In this document: positions 39,437 to 52,100 of the stretch, piece after piece
Position numbering within the stretch: position 1 is the stretch's first letter
Layout of the letters: each line of letters opens with the position of its first letter
Assembly: GCA_002633005.1 (NCBI GenBank)
Contig: NMRA01000130.1
Coordinates: 769,440 to 833,439, forward strand
Origin: Phoronis australis
Taxonomy: Eukaryota > Animalia > Phoronida
DNA: 64,000 nt
Direction: 5' to 3'
Notes under the pieces: generated by a model
The model's input: the letters and a program-made list of their open reading frames with translations, nothing else
Told to the model about the DNA's origin: nothing
The model's database searches: none
Position numbers and translations under genes: made by a program

Positions 39437-39550
39437 TTTCAGGTTTATGACTTTGGCAAAACTTCTTGGAAATTTCGTCGAAATCCCGAGGCTTCCTTAG
39501 GGATTTTGACGAAATTTCCACGAGGTTTTGCCCATGTCATCAATCTGAGA
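39437..39550. repeat. About 115-bp hairpin-forming inverted repeat
   Basis: ggcaaaacttcttggaaatttcgtcgaaatccc / gggattttgacgaaatttccacgaggttttgcc. Confidence 0.85.
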
Positions 39551-39915
39551 CAAATGTAAGATTTGCTTTATCATATGAATCGTAGAAAACGATCTTTTTG
39601 CCAAAAAACACGACGTGTCTAAATCTTTCCACCACACGACACAACTTTTGTAAAAACACTCGCTTGTGCAATGTAAAGTAATTCAGTTACTTTTTTGTAG
39701 TAACAATTGTAAATTGCATTCAGCTTTCGTAGCAAATATTCAAGTTAGAATCTAATAAATATTCTTTGAAGTTGTAATATTAAAACTTCAAAAATGTTTA
39801 TAAACAACAGTCAGCAAGACTTTCCCGCGCGTGATCACCGAATTGCCCTCGATACAGTACAGCTAGACAGTCTCGCCGCGCTTGAGTTGGGGCTCGTCTC
39901 CGTTTGAATGAACGT

Positions 39916-40150
39916 CATGCGCGCACCCGGGGGGGGGGAGGGGGGGGGGCTCGGACGANTTAGTCCGCAGGTCCACCCCTGAGAGACAAAAAGTCCGAGG
40001 AAATGAGACAAAAGTCCTCTCAATAAGCGCAAACGCGCACTTCACAATGGTACGCACGTTTTTTGTTTTTAGTCCGCCCGCCCTTTGTTAGCAAAAGGTA
40101 CACAACATCAGGAATTCGAGCCCCCATATTGAAGGCTGGGCGCGCGCATG
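39916..40150. mobile_element. MITE with CATGCGCGCACCC termini
   Basis: Inverted homolog of 43964-44220 and 46824-47038. Confidence 0.8.
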
Positions 40151-42419
40151 GATGTGGATATGGAATTCGCCGCCGAAGATGGGTCCGTTTAAGAAGTTGT
40201 TTGCATGTTCTTAGTCTGGGAGTACGTACAGTTGCAGCACTCGATTTGTCAATCATAACCTTGTCACCTTCTCGGATTTCTGGCATTGTTTGGTTGGCGA
40301 GCGTTTGATTGTTTTAGTGTTTTTCAGATGATAAAATGTAAGGTGTATGGATGTCTACTTTGCACTAAAATGTGATTCGCCCATGTAATATCAAAAAAAT
40401 TTGTTCTCGGTGTTATTAACAATGAGATAAATATAGCTCATTGGTTATTCACCAGTCATGTCGTAAAACATTTCAGGTCATGTGAGAAATTTTGATCTCC
40501 GCGCACAAGTTTCGCGCTAGAACCATAAAGAAAATATATTTGAACTTTTATAGCAGTAAACATATTAGTTAATTTGATATATATTTTGCCGAGTTTGAAA
40601 TGGAGGAGCTTCGTGAGATAAGGATTTTAATGTCAGAATGATATTTATCAAAAAATTCCAATTCTTCATAATTTCTACTGTCAGTAAAATTATACTTTAT
40701 ACTGAGTTGAAATCTATAGTTTTGTAAATATTTTGATAAATGCGCAGCAGTCTTATCGATAAGGTATCCATGAAGAAACAGGATAAGTAGCTATTAATTC
40801 TTTGAATATGACACGACATTGACATGTTCTGATAAAGACGAGGAGTGTTTCCTTTGAAAAACTAATAAAACTTAATGTGTATCGCGATGTTTTTCAAAAC
40901 CGAGAACCGTTATCATGATGAATTAACCATTAAAATATTGTAACGATGTAACGTGGAAAATACAACTTAAACCAATGTCACTCAATTTTCGTTATCAGAG
41001 AATCCGCTAGCTATAGAACTCACCCGGTGAGACAGCATACGCAAACGAAGGACGAGATCATAACAAGTACCTTCAAGAAAGATAACATGGTTGTAAACAG
41101 ACCAACGTAGGCCTACTCCGTGCGCTTCGTGTCACCTCTACGCGGAAACTAATCGTAAATGCAAGAGCCGAAATAACCAATGAAATGGGCAAGACCGGAT
41201 TGACCCGAAATCGTGTTGCGCCACTACAGGGTGTGCCAAGAAACGAATACACATCATGTTTCCACGGAATAGGCAGTGCACATTATTTTATTTACGAAAT
41301 CTTCCCTGGACAATTTAATTCAAACCCATTTTACCGACCTGTGTGTGCGTACGTATGTGTGTGTGAAATTATATACTGATTACGACAACTTACATTAATT
41401 TTGCCTTCGTCTGTTTTTTCCCTCAGTCTATATGACCCGATACGCCTCAGGGATCGACATGGTGTATTACAACGAAGCATCTTTCTTCCCACGTTCTCTT
41501 TTATTTGACCAGCTTGTTATTCCAAACTGAGTTGACCACTACGAATACAGAAATACAGAAATATCAGTGGTTGTGGTGGCGGATCTAGGATACCATAAGG
41601 GGGAGGGCCAAACATCCTCGGAGACTTAGGCAAAGCGCGAGTGTAAGTGCACAGGTGGCCAGAAAGTTGCGGGGGCAGAGGACATGGACCTTCTGTTCAG
41701 AAAATCTATCGGCGGACTAAAAAAAAAGACGGGAACACTATTCCACCGCGACCTAGGTTCTGACCCCCCTCCCCTCATCCGCTCCGGTCCTCGTTACTGA
41801 ACTCAATATTTCCTCACGCTTCACGTTGTTGCTGTTTCATTTTGCTTGCAGCAGCCAAGGGGAAGGGGAGGGGGCTGGGCCTCCTGTCCCCCTGAATCCG
41901 CCTATGGTGGTTGTGTGTTAAAAGGGATTCGTTAACTAATGCCGGAATGGGCCAAGAAGGGGGGATATAGATTAGAGCCCATTCGGCCCTTCTTTTATTG
42001 ATTGGGCGATCATAAAATTCCACAAATCAGTACAAGACCGTCAGTCACTCTATTTCACGATTCAGGATCCGCGTCTGCGAAGTGGGCATTACACACGTTG
42101 TCATACTATGCATTGTATAATGTCTGTCTGTCCTATCCATAGACATCACAGTATTAAGATGTCTATGGTCCTATCTCTAATCGCGAGAAACGTCATTCCG
42201 CCCTTCGCCTGCAGAAAGCACTCAAGGGGAAGCTTGCGGCCGAGCATCATGCAAGGAAAACTCACTGAATCCTGCCTCCCAGTCATCCTCTGCTCAATGT
42301 ACACATAGCAAATCACAACTTAGTACACCCGGAAATACTTACGAACTTGCCATTTTAGGAGTAATCAAATATTTTTGACCTATCTCATAGGTGAGTACAC
42401 TAAGGTTTTGTCTTACACC

Positions 42420-42572
42420 AGGCGTGCGTTCAGTAACGTTAGGACGTACGGTAGGATCTATGTAAAATTTAGCCAAAGTCACGTGCTCTCATTTGAAATA
42501 CACGGCAATTTCTCGCGTAATCTCACGAAGTCTTGCTTTTTGGCGAGGTCCTAGCGTTACTGAACGGGAGGC
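42420..42572. mobile_element. MITE with gttcagtaacg[c/t]taggac terminal repeats
   Basis: Inverted copy at about 63713-63840. Confidence 0.75.
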
Positions 42573-43487
42573 AGGTTATACTCACCGACTATTTACTTTC
42601 TCGATTTCACCAGCCGCTTAAATAACTTCAAGGGACGACAAATCGGCTGGCATGTTTTGTGGGCCTTGGTTGCAGGAGCATTGGGCAGGTCTACATTGTC
42701 ACAAATTGTCTTAACTTCAAAATTGTGACAATTTGGGTCCGTGCTGCAGGCTCAAGGTGTCACAGTTGCGTGTACCCCTGCGTCCATCTCACAAGTACGG
42801 CAGCGCAATACTGATAAAAACAATGATCCTTTCAAGTTTCATGCATGTCGAGTTGCAAGAGATATTCCGACAATTTTCGAGCCCATGCGCACATATCTGA
42901 GCGTGGAGAACTGAGGTGTTACAACAGGACTTTGGGTGCATTCCATTACCACCGTGTTACGGTTTTAGAGTTACGACAGAGTCCCTGAGCCATAAAGTGT
43001 TGCAAGACTACTGTGCGCTTCATGAACTATGCTTCCCGTGAATATTCTAGCGATTCCTCGGTCGAACAAGGAAACTTATAGGTGTACCTCATTATCACAG
43101 TCAATAAAACTATTACCCCATGTTTTTATTCCATTTTACTTTCCAGTTGCTAGGTAGCGTGTCGGGATGACGCTTTACTTTGTATACACAAACATCGACA
43201 TCCCCGTCGCAACTGAAAATCTGTCAACGAATAAGCGTGAAGGTATATTCTCATGTGCATCATCTACATCTGGTAACCCAATCCTGGCTGATACCTCAAA
43301 AACAAATCTGATGAATATGTCTCGGAGTTTTAGTTATTTCTATGCGCTTTGTCGGTTTCATACCCTGTTTTTTACCAGTCAAATGTTTTGAGTTGCAGTT
43401 CACCGGCAGGTGTCACTTAATTATGTCCTGGCGACACCAGTTGACACCACCGCGAGCATAACTAAGAGTCAAGTTGGATGTAGCTTG

Positions 43488-43575
43488 TCATGGGCGGCGC
43501 ACCATAGGGGGCGGAGGGGAGGGTTGGGGGTGGGGCGCTATAGCCCCCACTTTTTTCATTGCTCCAGCGCCCATG
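43488..43575. mobile_element. Short MITE with CATGGGCG termini
   Basis: catgggcg...cgcccatg; related inverted copy near 49815-49883. Confidence 0.6.
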
Positions 43576-43614
43576 GTCTATGGGCGGTATAGCACAGGTG
43601 GACTGGGGTTATAG

Positions 43615-44406
43615 CTCGCTGGTTCCGTGCCGTGCTTAGCCCAGCTAGCACACAGGTACCACGCAGTGGCACGCGCTTTGGCATTGGTCAATGAAACCTC
43701 GGCAGTCATTGGTTTGCTGTACAACACCGCGAAAAAATGGCGGACTGCAGCAACTATTTCGTTTCTCCAGCGATGTTTAATAGCCGCGTGCTTGAAGCAC
43801 ATACATGTACAATAAACACAGTGGCCGATTTAACCGGTGTGTTATTCATACTGTATGACTACAGGACACTATCGTAAACACAAGTCATCGATAGTAAAAA
43901 GATGCATTCTGAAAAGGCGCAATCGCAATTTCTAGGCTTAGTTCACATTTCCTAAACATAAATCATGCGCGCACCCAGCCTTCAATATGGGGGGCTCAGT
44001 CGAATTCTCGACGTCGTGGACTTTTTGCTACCAAAACAGTGGGCGGACTAAAGAAAAAAAAATAAAAAAAAACGGGAACACCACTGTGAAGTGCGCGTTT
44101 GCGCTTCTTAAGTGGAATTTTGTCCCATTTTCTCGAACTTTTTGTCTCTCAGGGGCGAACCTTTTTTGCCCACTTCGCCAAATGGTGGGGCTCATTCGAG
44201 CCCCCCTGGGTGCGCGCATGTAAATTTTAAGCACCGATTTGTCTATACAACAGACCACCACTGCAGTCCGATCAGTCATGCCAGTTTGTTTGCGTAAAGC
44301 GCTGCCTGTTGAGAAATCGACTAGCCGGTGTAAAAAAAGTTTTCAGTGATACCTGCGTGCTGGCGCGGCTACCGCCCCACCTAGCGGCACGCAGGGAACC
44401 AGCGAG
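43615..44406. mobile_element. Non-autonomous DNA element (TIR CTCGCTGGTTCC) carrying a nested MITE
   Basis: ctcgctggttcc...ggaaccagcgag termini; nested element at 43964-44220. Confidence 0.8.
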
Positions 44407-44904
44407 GGCCTATAGCCCCACTTTTTTCAGTGCTGCGCAGCCCATGTTGTTAGCTCATTTCGCGACTCCGAGTGTAGGCTGGCAATGGGGAGGACAGTCA
44501 ACCGTTATTTCTTCAATGACGAACATTATGCAACACTAAATTCATCGAGCTTGTATAATCTTTACAAGCAACGTTTAATCAAACTGAGCAAGGTCACGGT
44601 TACTGTTGAGTGTTTGTTTAGACCACCAGTTGGTAAGAAAACAGGTTTGAATGGCAACAGAACTCGTCCCAGTGGCGGATCTAGGATATCACAAGGGGGC
44701 CCAACATTTTGTCAGTAAACATTTGCGCATAGCACTATTGTAGATGCACATAGCACCGAATGGGGGGAGGTCGGGAGCATGAGGGGCTCCCCTCCCGCCC
44801 AGGAAAATTTTTCTGCTTTTTCCTCTAAAAATCAAGTATTTTCCTTGATTTCTGAAATATTATCCAAGAAAAAGAAACACGGAGAACGTGTCAAAACTGC
44901 AACT

Positions 44905-44970
44905 AGCACAGACTCGAACTCCACACCTGGCCGATAGAACGAGCGTGCTTTAACACTGCACCACCACGAT
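44905..44970 (-). pseudogene. tRNA-derived SINE-like head
   Basis: A box TGGTGCAGTGTT, B box GAGTTCGAGTC. Confidence 0.45.
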
Positions 44971-47900
44971 TCCACGCGTAATTTATTACTATGACACCTA
45001 TTTGTTTATGGTCCAGTGGCGGATCTAGGATATCACAAGGGGGGGGCCCAACATTTTGTCCGGCTGTAAGCATTTGCGCAAACTGAACCAAGATTGTAGA
45101 TAAGCATTGCACCGTATGGGGGGAGGTCNTGAGAAATTTTGATTTCCGCGCACTAGTTTCACGCTAGGACCGTAAAGAAAATATACTTGAACTTTGATAG
45201 CAGTAAACATATTAGTTAATTTGATATATATTTTGCCGAGTTTGAAATGGAGGAGCTTCGTGAGATAAGGATTTTAATGTCAGAATGATATTTATCCAAA
45301 ATTCCAATTCTTCAGAATTTCTACTGTCAGTAAAATTATATTTTATACGAGTTGAAATCTATAGTTTTGTAAATATTTTGATAAATGCGCAACAGTCTTA
45401 TCGATAACGTATCCATGAAGATACAGGATAAGTAGCTATTAATTCTTTGAATATGACACGACATTGACATGTTCTGATAAAGACGAGGAGTGTTTCCTTT
45501 GAAAAACTAATAAAACTTAATGTGTATCGCGATGGTTTTCAAAGCCGAAAACCGTTTTCATGATGAATTAACCATTAAAATATCGTAACGATGTAACGTG
45601 GAAAATACAACTTAAACAAATGTCACTCAATTTTCGTTATCAGAGAATCCGCTAGCTATAGAACTCACCCGGTGAGACAGCATACGCAAACGAAGGACGA
45701 GATCATAACAAGTACCTTCAAGAAAGATAACATGGTTGTAAACAGACCAACGTACTCCGTGCGCTTCGTGTCACCTCTACACGGAAACTAATCGTAAAGG
45801 CAAGAGTCGAAATAACCAATGAAATGGGCAAGATCGCGTGACCCGAAATCGTGTTGCGCCACTACAGGGTGTGCCAAGAAACGAATACACATCATGTTTC
45901 CACGGAATAGGCAGTGCACATTATTTTATTTACGAAATCTTCCCTGGACAATTTAATTCAAACCCATTTTACAGACCTGTGTGTGCGTACGTATGTGTGT
46001 GCGAAATTATATACTGATTACGACAACTTACATTAATTTTGCCTTCGTCTGTTTTTTTCCCTCAGTCTATATGACCCGATACGCCTCAGGGATCGGCATG
46101 GTGTATTACAACGAAGGATCTTTCCTCCTCCCACGTTCTCTTTTATTTGACCAGCTTGTCCAAACTGATTTGACCACTACGAATACAGAAATACAGAAAT
46201 ATCAGTGGTTGCGGTGGCGGATCTAGGATACCAAGGGGGAGGGCCCAAGATGATGCCTCGGAGACTTAGGCAAAGCGCGAATGTATGTGCACAGGTGGCC
46301 CAAAAGTTGCGGGGGCAGAGGATGTGGACCTTCTGTTCAGAAAATCTATCGGCGGACTAAAAAAAGACGAGAACACTATTCCACCGCGACCTAGGGTTTG
46401 ACCCCCCTCCCCTCATCCGCTCCGGTCCTCGTTACTGAACTCAATATTTCCTCACGCTTCACGCTGTTGCTGTTTCATTTTGCTTGCAGCAGCCAAGGGG
46501 AGGGGGAGGTGGCTGGGCTAAGCATGCAGGGAACCAGCGAGTTTCATAGATAGCATTGGTCGATGTAACCTCGGCAGTCATTGGTTAGCTTTACAACACC
46601 GCGAAAAAATGGCGGACTGTGAACGTCGTTTCTGCAGTGATGTTTAATAGCCGCGTGCTTGAAGCACATACATATATAAACACAGTGGCCGATTAAACCG
46701 GTGTGTTATTCATACTGTATGAATACAGGACACTATCGTAAACAAAAGACATCGACAGTAGAAAGATGCATTCTGAAAAGGCGCAATCGCAATTTCTAGG
46801 CTTCACATTTCCTAAACATAAATCATGCGCGCACCCAGCCTTCGAATACGGGGGGATCAGTCGAGTAATAAAACAGTGGGCGGACTAAAAAAACGGGGTT
46901 TGCGCTTCTTTAGTAGAATTTTGTCCCATTTTCTCGAACTTTCTGTCTCTCGGGGGCGGACCTTTTTTGCCCACTTCGCCAAATGGTGAGGCTCGTTCGA
47001 CGGCACCCCCGGCGAGCCCCCCTCTGTGTTCGCGCATGTAAATTTTAAGCACCGATTTGTCTATACAACAGACCGCATTTACACTTCAGTCCGATCAGTC
47101 ATGCCAGTTTGCGTAAAGCGCTGCCTGTTGAGAATTCGATTAGCCGGTGTAAAAAAAGTTTTCAGTGATACCTGCAAGCTGGCGCGGCTACCGCCCCACC
47201 TAGCGGCACGCAGGGAACCAGCGAGGGGCTATAGCCCCACTTTTTTCAGTGCTGCGCAGCCCATGTTGTCAGCTCATTACGCGACTCCGAGAGTAGGCTG
47301 GCAATGGGGAAGACAGTCAACCGTTATTTCTTCAATGGCGAACATTATGCAACACTAAATTCATCGAGGATGTATAATCTTTACGTTTAATCAAACTGAA
47401 CAAGGTCACGGTTACTGTTTATTTAGACCACCAGTTGGTAAGAAAACAGGTTTGAATGGCAACAGAACTCGTCCCAGTGGCGGATCTAGGATATCACAAG
47501 GGGGGCCCAACATTTTTCAGTAAACATTTGCGCATGTCACTATTGTAGATGCACATAGCACCGAATGGGGGGAGGTCGGGAGGGGCTCCCCTCCCGCCCA
47601 GGAAAAATGTTCTGCTTTTTCCTCTAAAAATCAAGTATTTTCCTTGATTTCTGAAATATTATCCAAGAAAAAGANTATGTGGTCCACAGCGTTTGCGCGC
47701 GAAACCTACTTCTTTTTGTAATGCTTATTACACGTTTTATATTTTGTGCCATCAATTGTTAACAAATTTGTTGTATTTAAAATAGTCTTCAATTGCCCAA
47801 AAGACCAAATCCTTTTTTGTGTTGGCATTAATGACCCGATTGCTTCGGAAAGCGTCTTCAGTTAAGGTTTGACAAAGAGAGAATTATGAATTTCTGAGTG

Positions 47901-49125
47901 ATTCACTAAGGCTTCGATTAAAATTAACATCTTACCAGCAGCTTCTGTTTTTTCATCGTCACTCACATTCCATTTTCTTTAAAAAATGAAGTAACTTTTA
48001 TTGCACAGTGAAGCAGACGACAGAAACGGAGTCGTAGTGCGCAGCGCCACTGACGGTCGCCTGGGATACCGCGGGAGAGCCTATACTTAGCCACAGTTCC
48101 GTTATGATTGCGCCGTGTTCCGAATTTGACACTTGGGTAAATTGGATCTGAGCCTACCCCCAAACACACTAAAACTGCACACATTTAATTCTTGATTCAG
48201 CCGTATAATGTTAATTACCGGGTAAATTAATAAACTCAACATTTCCCTACGCTCTAGCTGTTTTATTTTTTTTTGCGGCAGCCAAGGGGAGGGGGGGGGG
48301 TTTCATGGGCCCCCTGCCCCCCCCTAAATCCGCCTATGCGTCCATAAACGCTTCAATGATGTTACTGGCCAGCAATGTTGCTCAACTTTGAAGGCCAACA
48401 GCAACCAATAGGTAAGTCATTTGAACTTAATTCCACTATGGCTTTGTCAAGCTTAATGGCACTTCTTGGTGTTAGACATAACATTCCCCAGCTCTCTCAA
48501 TAACCAATGCCTACTTAGCTTGAAAGAGATTACCTACTGTTGAGCAAGGAAAGCGTGACGTGTAAAATGGAAACGAAATTGGGTTTGTCAGACATTATAT
48601 TTGTACCAAGCACTTAGTGTAGTACCCAATAATTCATTTGTAAACAAAACAGCTCCATACATTTAGGAATGTTTTGTGGTTAGACTTCACAAAGATCTCG
48701 AATGCTATCAAAAACTACCCAAACCTTCAGCATGATAGGTTTTTCAAAAACATGAAGTGTGAAACTGACTATAAAATCAAGATGTAGTAAGCTTCACCCT
48801 ACATTCACAGAAACTAACTTCAAGTCAACAGTTCTTCATTTATACCTAATCATTTACCTGCACACGCGTTTCTTAATTGTTGTAACACCCATCCAAAAAA
48901 CATGACACTGAGTGAAAATGCAACAAAACATTTATGCAAAAACCAACACAGTCTCTAAAAGTTCTACCAAAAGCATATTTCCAGACATATATATATATAT
49001 ATATGGTATAGGCGAGCTTGAATTCTTACAGATGAGAAAACTGCAGGTGACCATGCTAATATATGATATCTTGGCTACCACGAGTGAAGCGCCATCTACA
49101 GATGAGATGCAAAAACACCACTGGC

Positions 49126-49154
49126 TCAACCATTCAATGTAATCCTGATCAACT
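49126..49154 (-). CDS. Mlc-c: Myosin light chain last coding exon
   Basis: Acceptor tttgtttcag; ELIRITLNG*, resembling the ELVRMVLNG-type MYL6 terminus. Confidence 0.8.
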
Positions 49155-52100
49155 CTGAAACAAAGAATGAGTACAACATAAAAATTCTCTCCTATTCTAA
49201 TAACAAACTCCCAGAAAACGATGTCTTTGGAAAAACTATGCATTCTGCCACTAAACAAACTATAGGTGACAAAGTTTAGACGTTATAACGATTTTTTAAC
49301 ATTTACTTCCCCCATTAGATTGTGAATCACTGGTCGATGGGTTTAGTAGACAGAGAGGTTAGAAATGTGACGAAAAAGCATAGAATGCAAATGAACTACT
49401 TTATTATCGCAGAAGTACAAAAGAATACACTTCATTGGATCCCCTGTCGAAGAAGGTAGTTTTACAGCCAATCTCTTATTACCTTCTTGAGGGACATGGA
49501 AGACACAAATTCCCGGATAACTTTGAAATTCTGACAAAGACTTCAATGAACATTAAGTAATTACTAACGTGCCTTCCAGAATTTATTAAATAGTGAACAA
49601 CATATTTAGCATCAAGACACCATCAAGCCTTAGATGTTTTGTATTTAAATAAGACACAACAACAAAAATGTCCAGGTGTTGGCAGGGCTGTTGTACTTGT
49701 GTATGCAAAGAACTGGTAACGGTAATGCAAAATTGTGTCAATTGTGGACTATATACTTGACTGTGTAAGATGACTTGTTAACTTATAACTGGCTGATGAT
49801 CACTCATTTCTTATACATGGGCGGCGCAACACTGAAAAAAGTGGGTGCTAAAGCCCCCCAGGCCTCCTGTGGTGTACCGCATGTAGACCATGTGTGGCGT
49901 AGCACTTCTTATAAATGGCAGCCAATTATGAGTGCATCACAATTCAGAAATAATTAATATAGAAATTATCTCGTCAGTAACTAGCAGTTATGTGTACTTC
50001 CCAGAGATTTTGCACTTTTGCTGACAATATTCTGATACAACCTGTCCACGTTTTGACAACTAGTTGATGTCATTATTCAATGGAAAAAACTGGATCTTAC
50101 AATGTTTGCATATCATATCAGGCCATTACCATTTTGCTCATAACGTGTGACTTCATAATTTTTTTGAAATGGTTGTGTGGAGTTTCAGACCAGATTAATG
50201 TCACCTTTCACGAAGCAGACTCTTGGTGTTCCAAGTAATCATACAAATTATTGTCCAGGTTGTATATTTCAAAAAAGAAGAGCAAAAACACCTCAGAAGA
50301 AATTTTATACTGCCTGCATGGTGTAAGTGAATTTGTCCACAAACCTTCATAGTTTATGAAGCCCTGTGCATCCTCCATGCCTTGGATCAATTGTTCCACT
50401 TCATCCTCTGTCAGTTTCTCACCTAATGCAACAGATAGAAGTGAGAAATATGTCTGCTATGGAAGTTCACTGTATAATACCGCTCGCATGATTATTCAAT
50501 GATGTTTAATCAACAACAGATGGTGGTAGTCGGAGAACATCTAAGTCTTGGAGAATCTAAGAGTCAGGATTTACAGGATTACACAAATAGCTTTTTTTTT
50601 CACAGATGAGCACAATCTATGCAAGGCAAAAGTAAAAACACTAATGAAATTCACCAAATTCATGCATTAACATAAGTTAGGGTTTAAACTGGATCAACAC
50701 AATTTAAAGACAGAAATCCTCGTATGTGTGAATGCAACATTGACCAAGGACAACAAATTTGTCACCAACAAATACTAAAATATACTTATTAAGGATATGT
50801 CAAAACTTATTCACAAAAATTGGCCATTTTTACAATATTTCACGCCTTGAAATCTGCCCACGAATGCACCACAAAAGGTGTGCTTATAGGGTTGTGCATT
50901 TGTATCATATAAATGGCGACTAGATGGTGAAAAAATGTCGAATTGATCCAAATACAGGAACATGCCATCGTTTCTTTAATAGATAACTATTTACCAAATT
51001 TCACAAAAATCTGTAAAGCAACATCAGAGAAACAAAGGAATATAGAAAAAATGAAATCGCCACTAGGGAGAACAGTGTTCGTTGAATCCGCCTGAAAGTT
51101 GTCCTCTGTTGTTAGCTTCATATAAATACACTTACAAAATTTAATAAAGATCCTGCAGTGGGTTTAAGAGCTATGGGCGCAAAACAAAACAAAACTACCA
51201 CTAGGAGGCGCCACAGTAGTCAAAGTCATCATCATCATCAGCTGTCCTCTTCACTTTGAGAACATAAACGCCAATTTTCAAAAACATTCTTAAAATGGTT
51301 TGGTTGGTAGAGGGGTGGACGCCAAAAAACAGACACGAAAACAACAAAAAAAGCCCACTAGGTGGCGCAAAATACCTGGATTCCATCCAAAAACGGGAGG
51401 ATAGCATCATCTCACCAATAGATGCCCATATTCCAAACTTTATGAAAATTTGATGAGGACCTTTGAAGGTAAATGTAAAAAATTAAAATTACCACTAGGG
51501 GACACACCCGTAGTCAAATCTGTCCGAAAGTCGTCGTCATCCATTGCCAACATCATATAAATACATTTGCTAAATTCAATAAAAATCCAGAACATGACCT
51601 ACTTAAGTGTCATGACAATCACTTACCTACAGATATTTTAGCTTTGCAGCGGAGAACATGACCTACACGTGTCATACACGCCACTTACCAAGAGATGTCA
51701 TCAGATGTCTTAGTTCTGCAGCAGAGACCATGACCTACTGAAGTGTCATGTCCATTACTTACCTAGAGATGTCGTTAGATGTCTTAGCTCTACAGCGAAG
51801 AGCCTGACCTGCGTCATGACCATCACTTACCTAGAGATGTCATCAGATGCCTTAGCTCTGCAGCAGAGATCAGACCATTTTGTTCTTTGTCAAACACCTT
51901 GAAGCCTTCTACAAAGTCCTCAAATGAAGTGTTGTCACGATTCTTGCGCAGACTGTGATAGACAGGCAGGAACTCCTCATATGAGATCCTCTTCTCTGAA
52001 ACAGTGTCATGAATTTCTATTTTCAGATTCAAGTGTCAAGGCCTGGTTATAAAGTAGTACAGGTTTGTCTCTGATACTTTATCATGGTCCCAAGAGCCAT

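Larger units (their letters stand above)
40483..47674. repeat. Near-identical duplication: 45130-47674 copies 40483-41880 plus about 43682-44875
   Basis: Direct alignment; the second copy is bounded by Ns at 45129 and 47675. Confidence 0.93.

Noticed and set aside
50118-50145. MSKMVMA* as an alternative last exon of the myosin light chain
   Set aside because: No in-phase acceptor or polypyrimidine tract.
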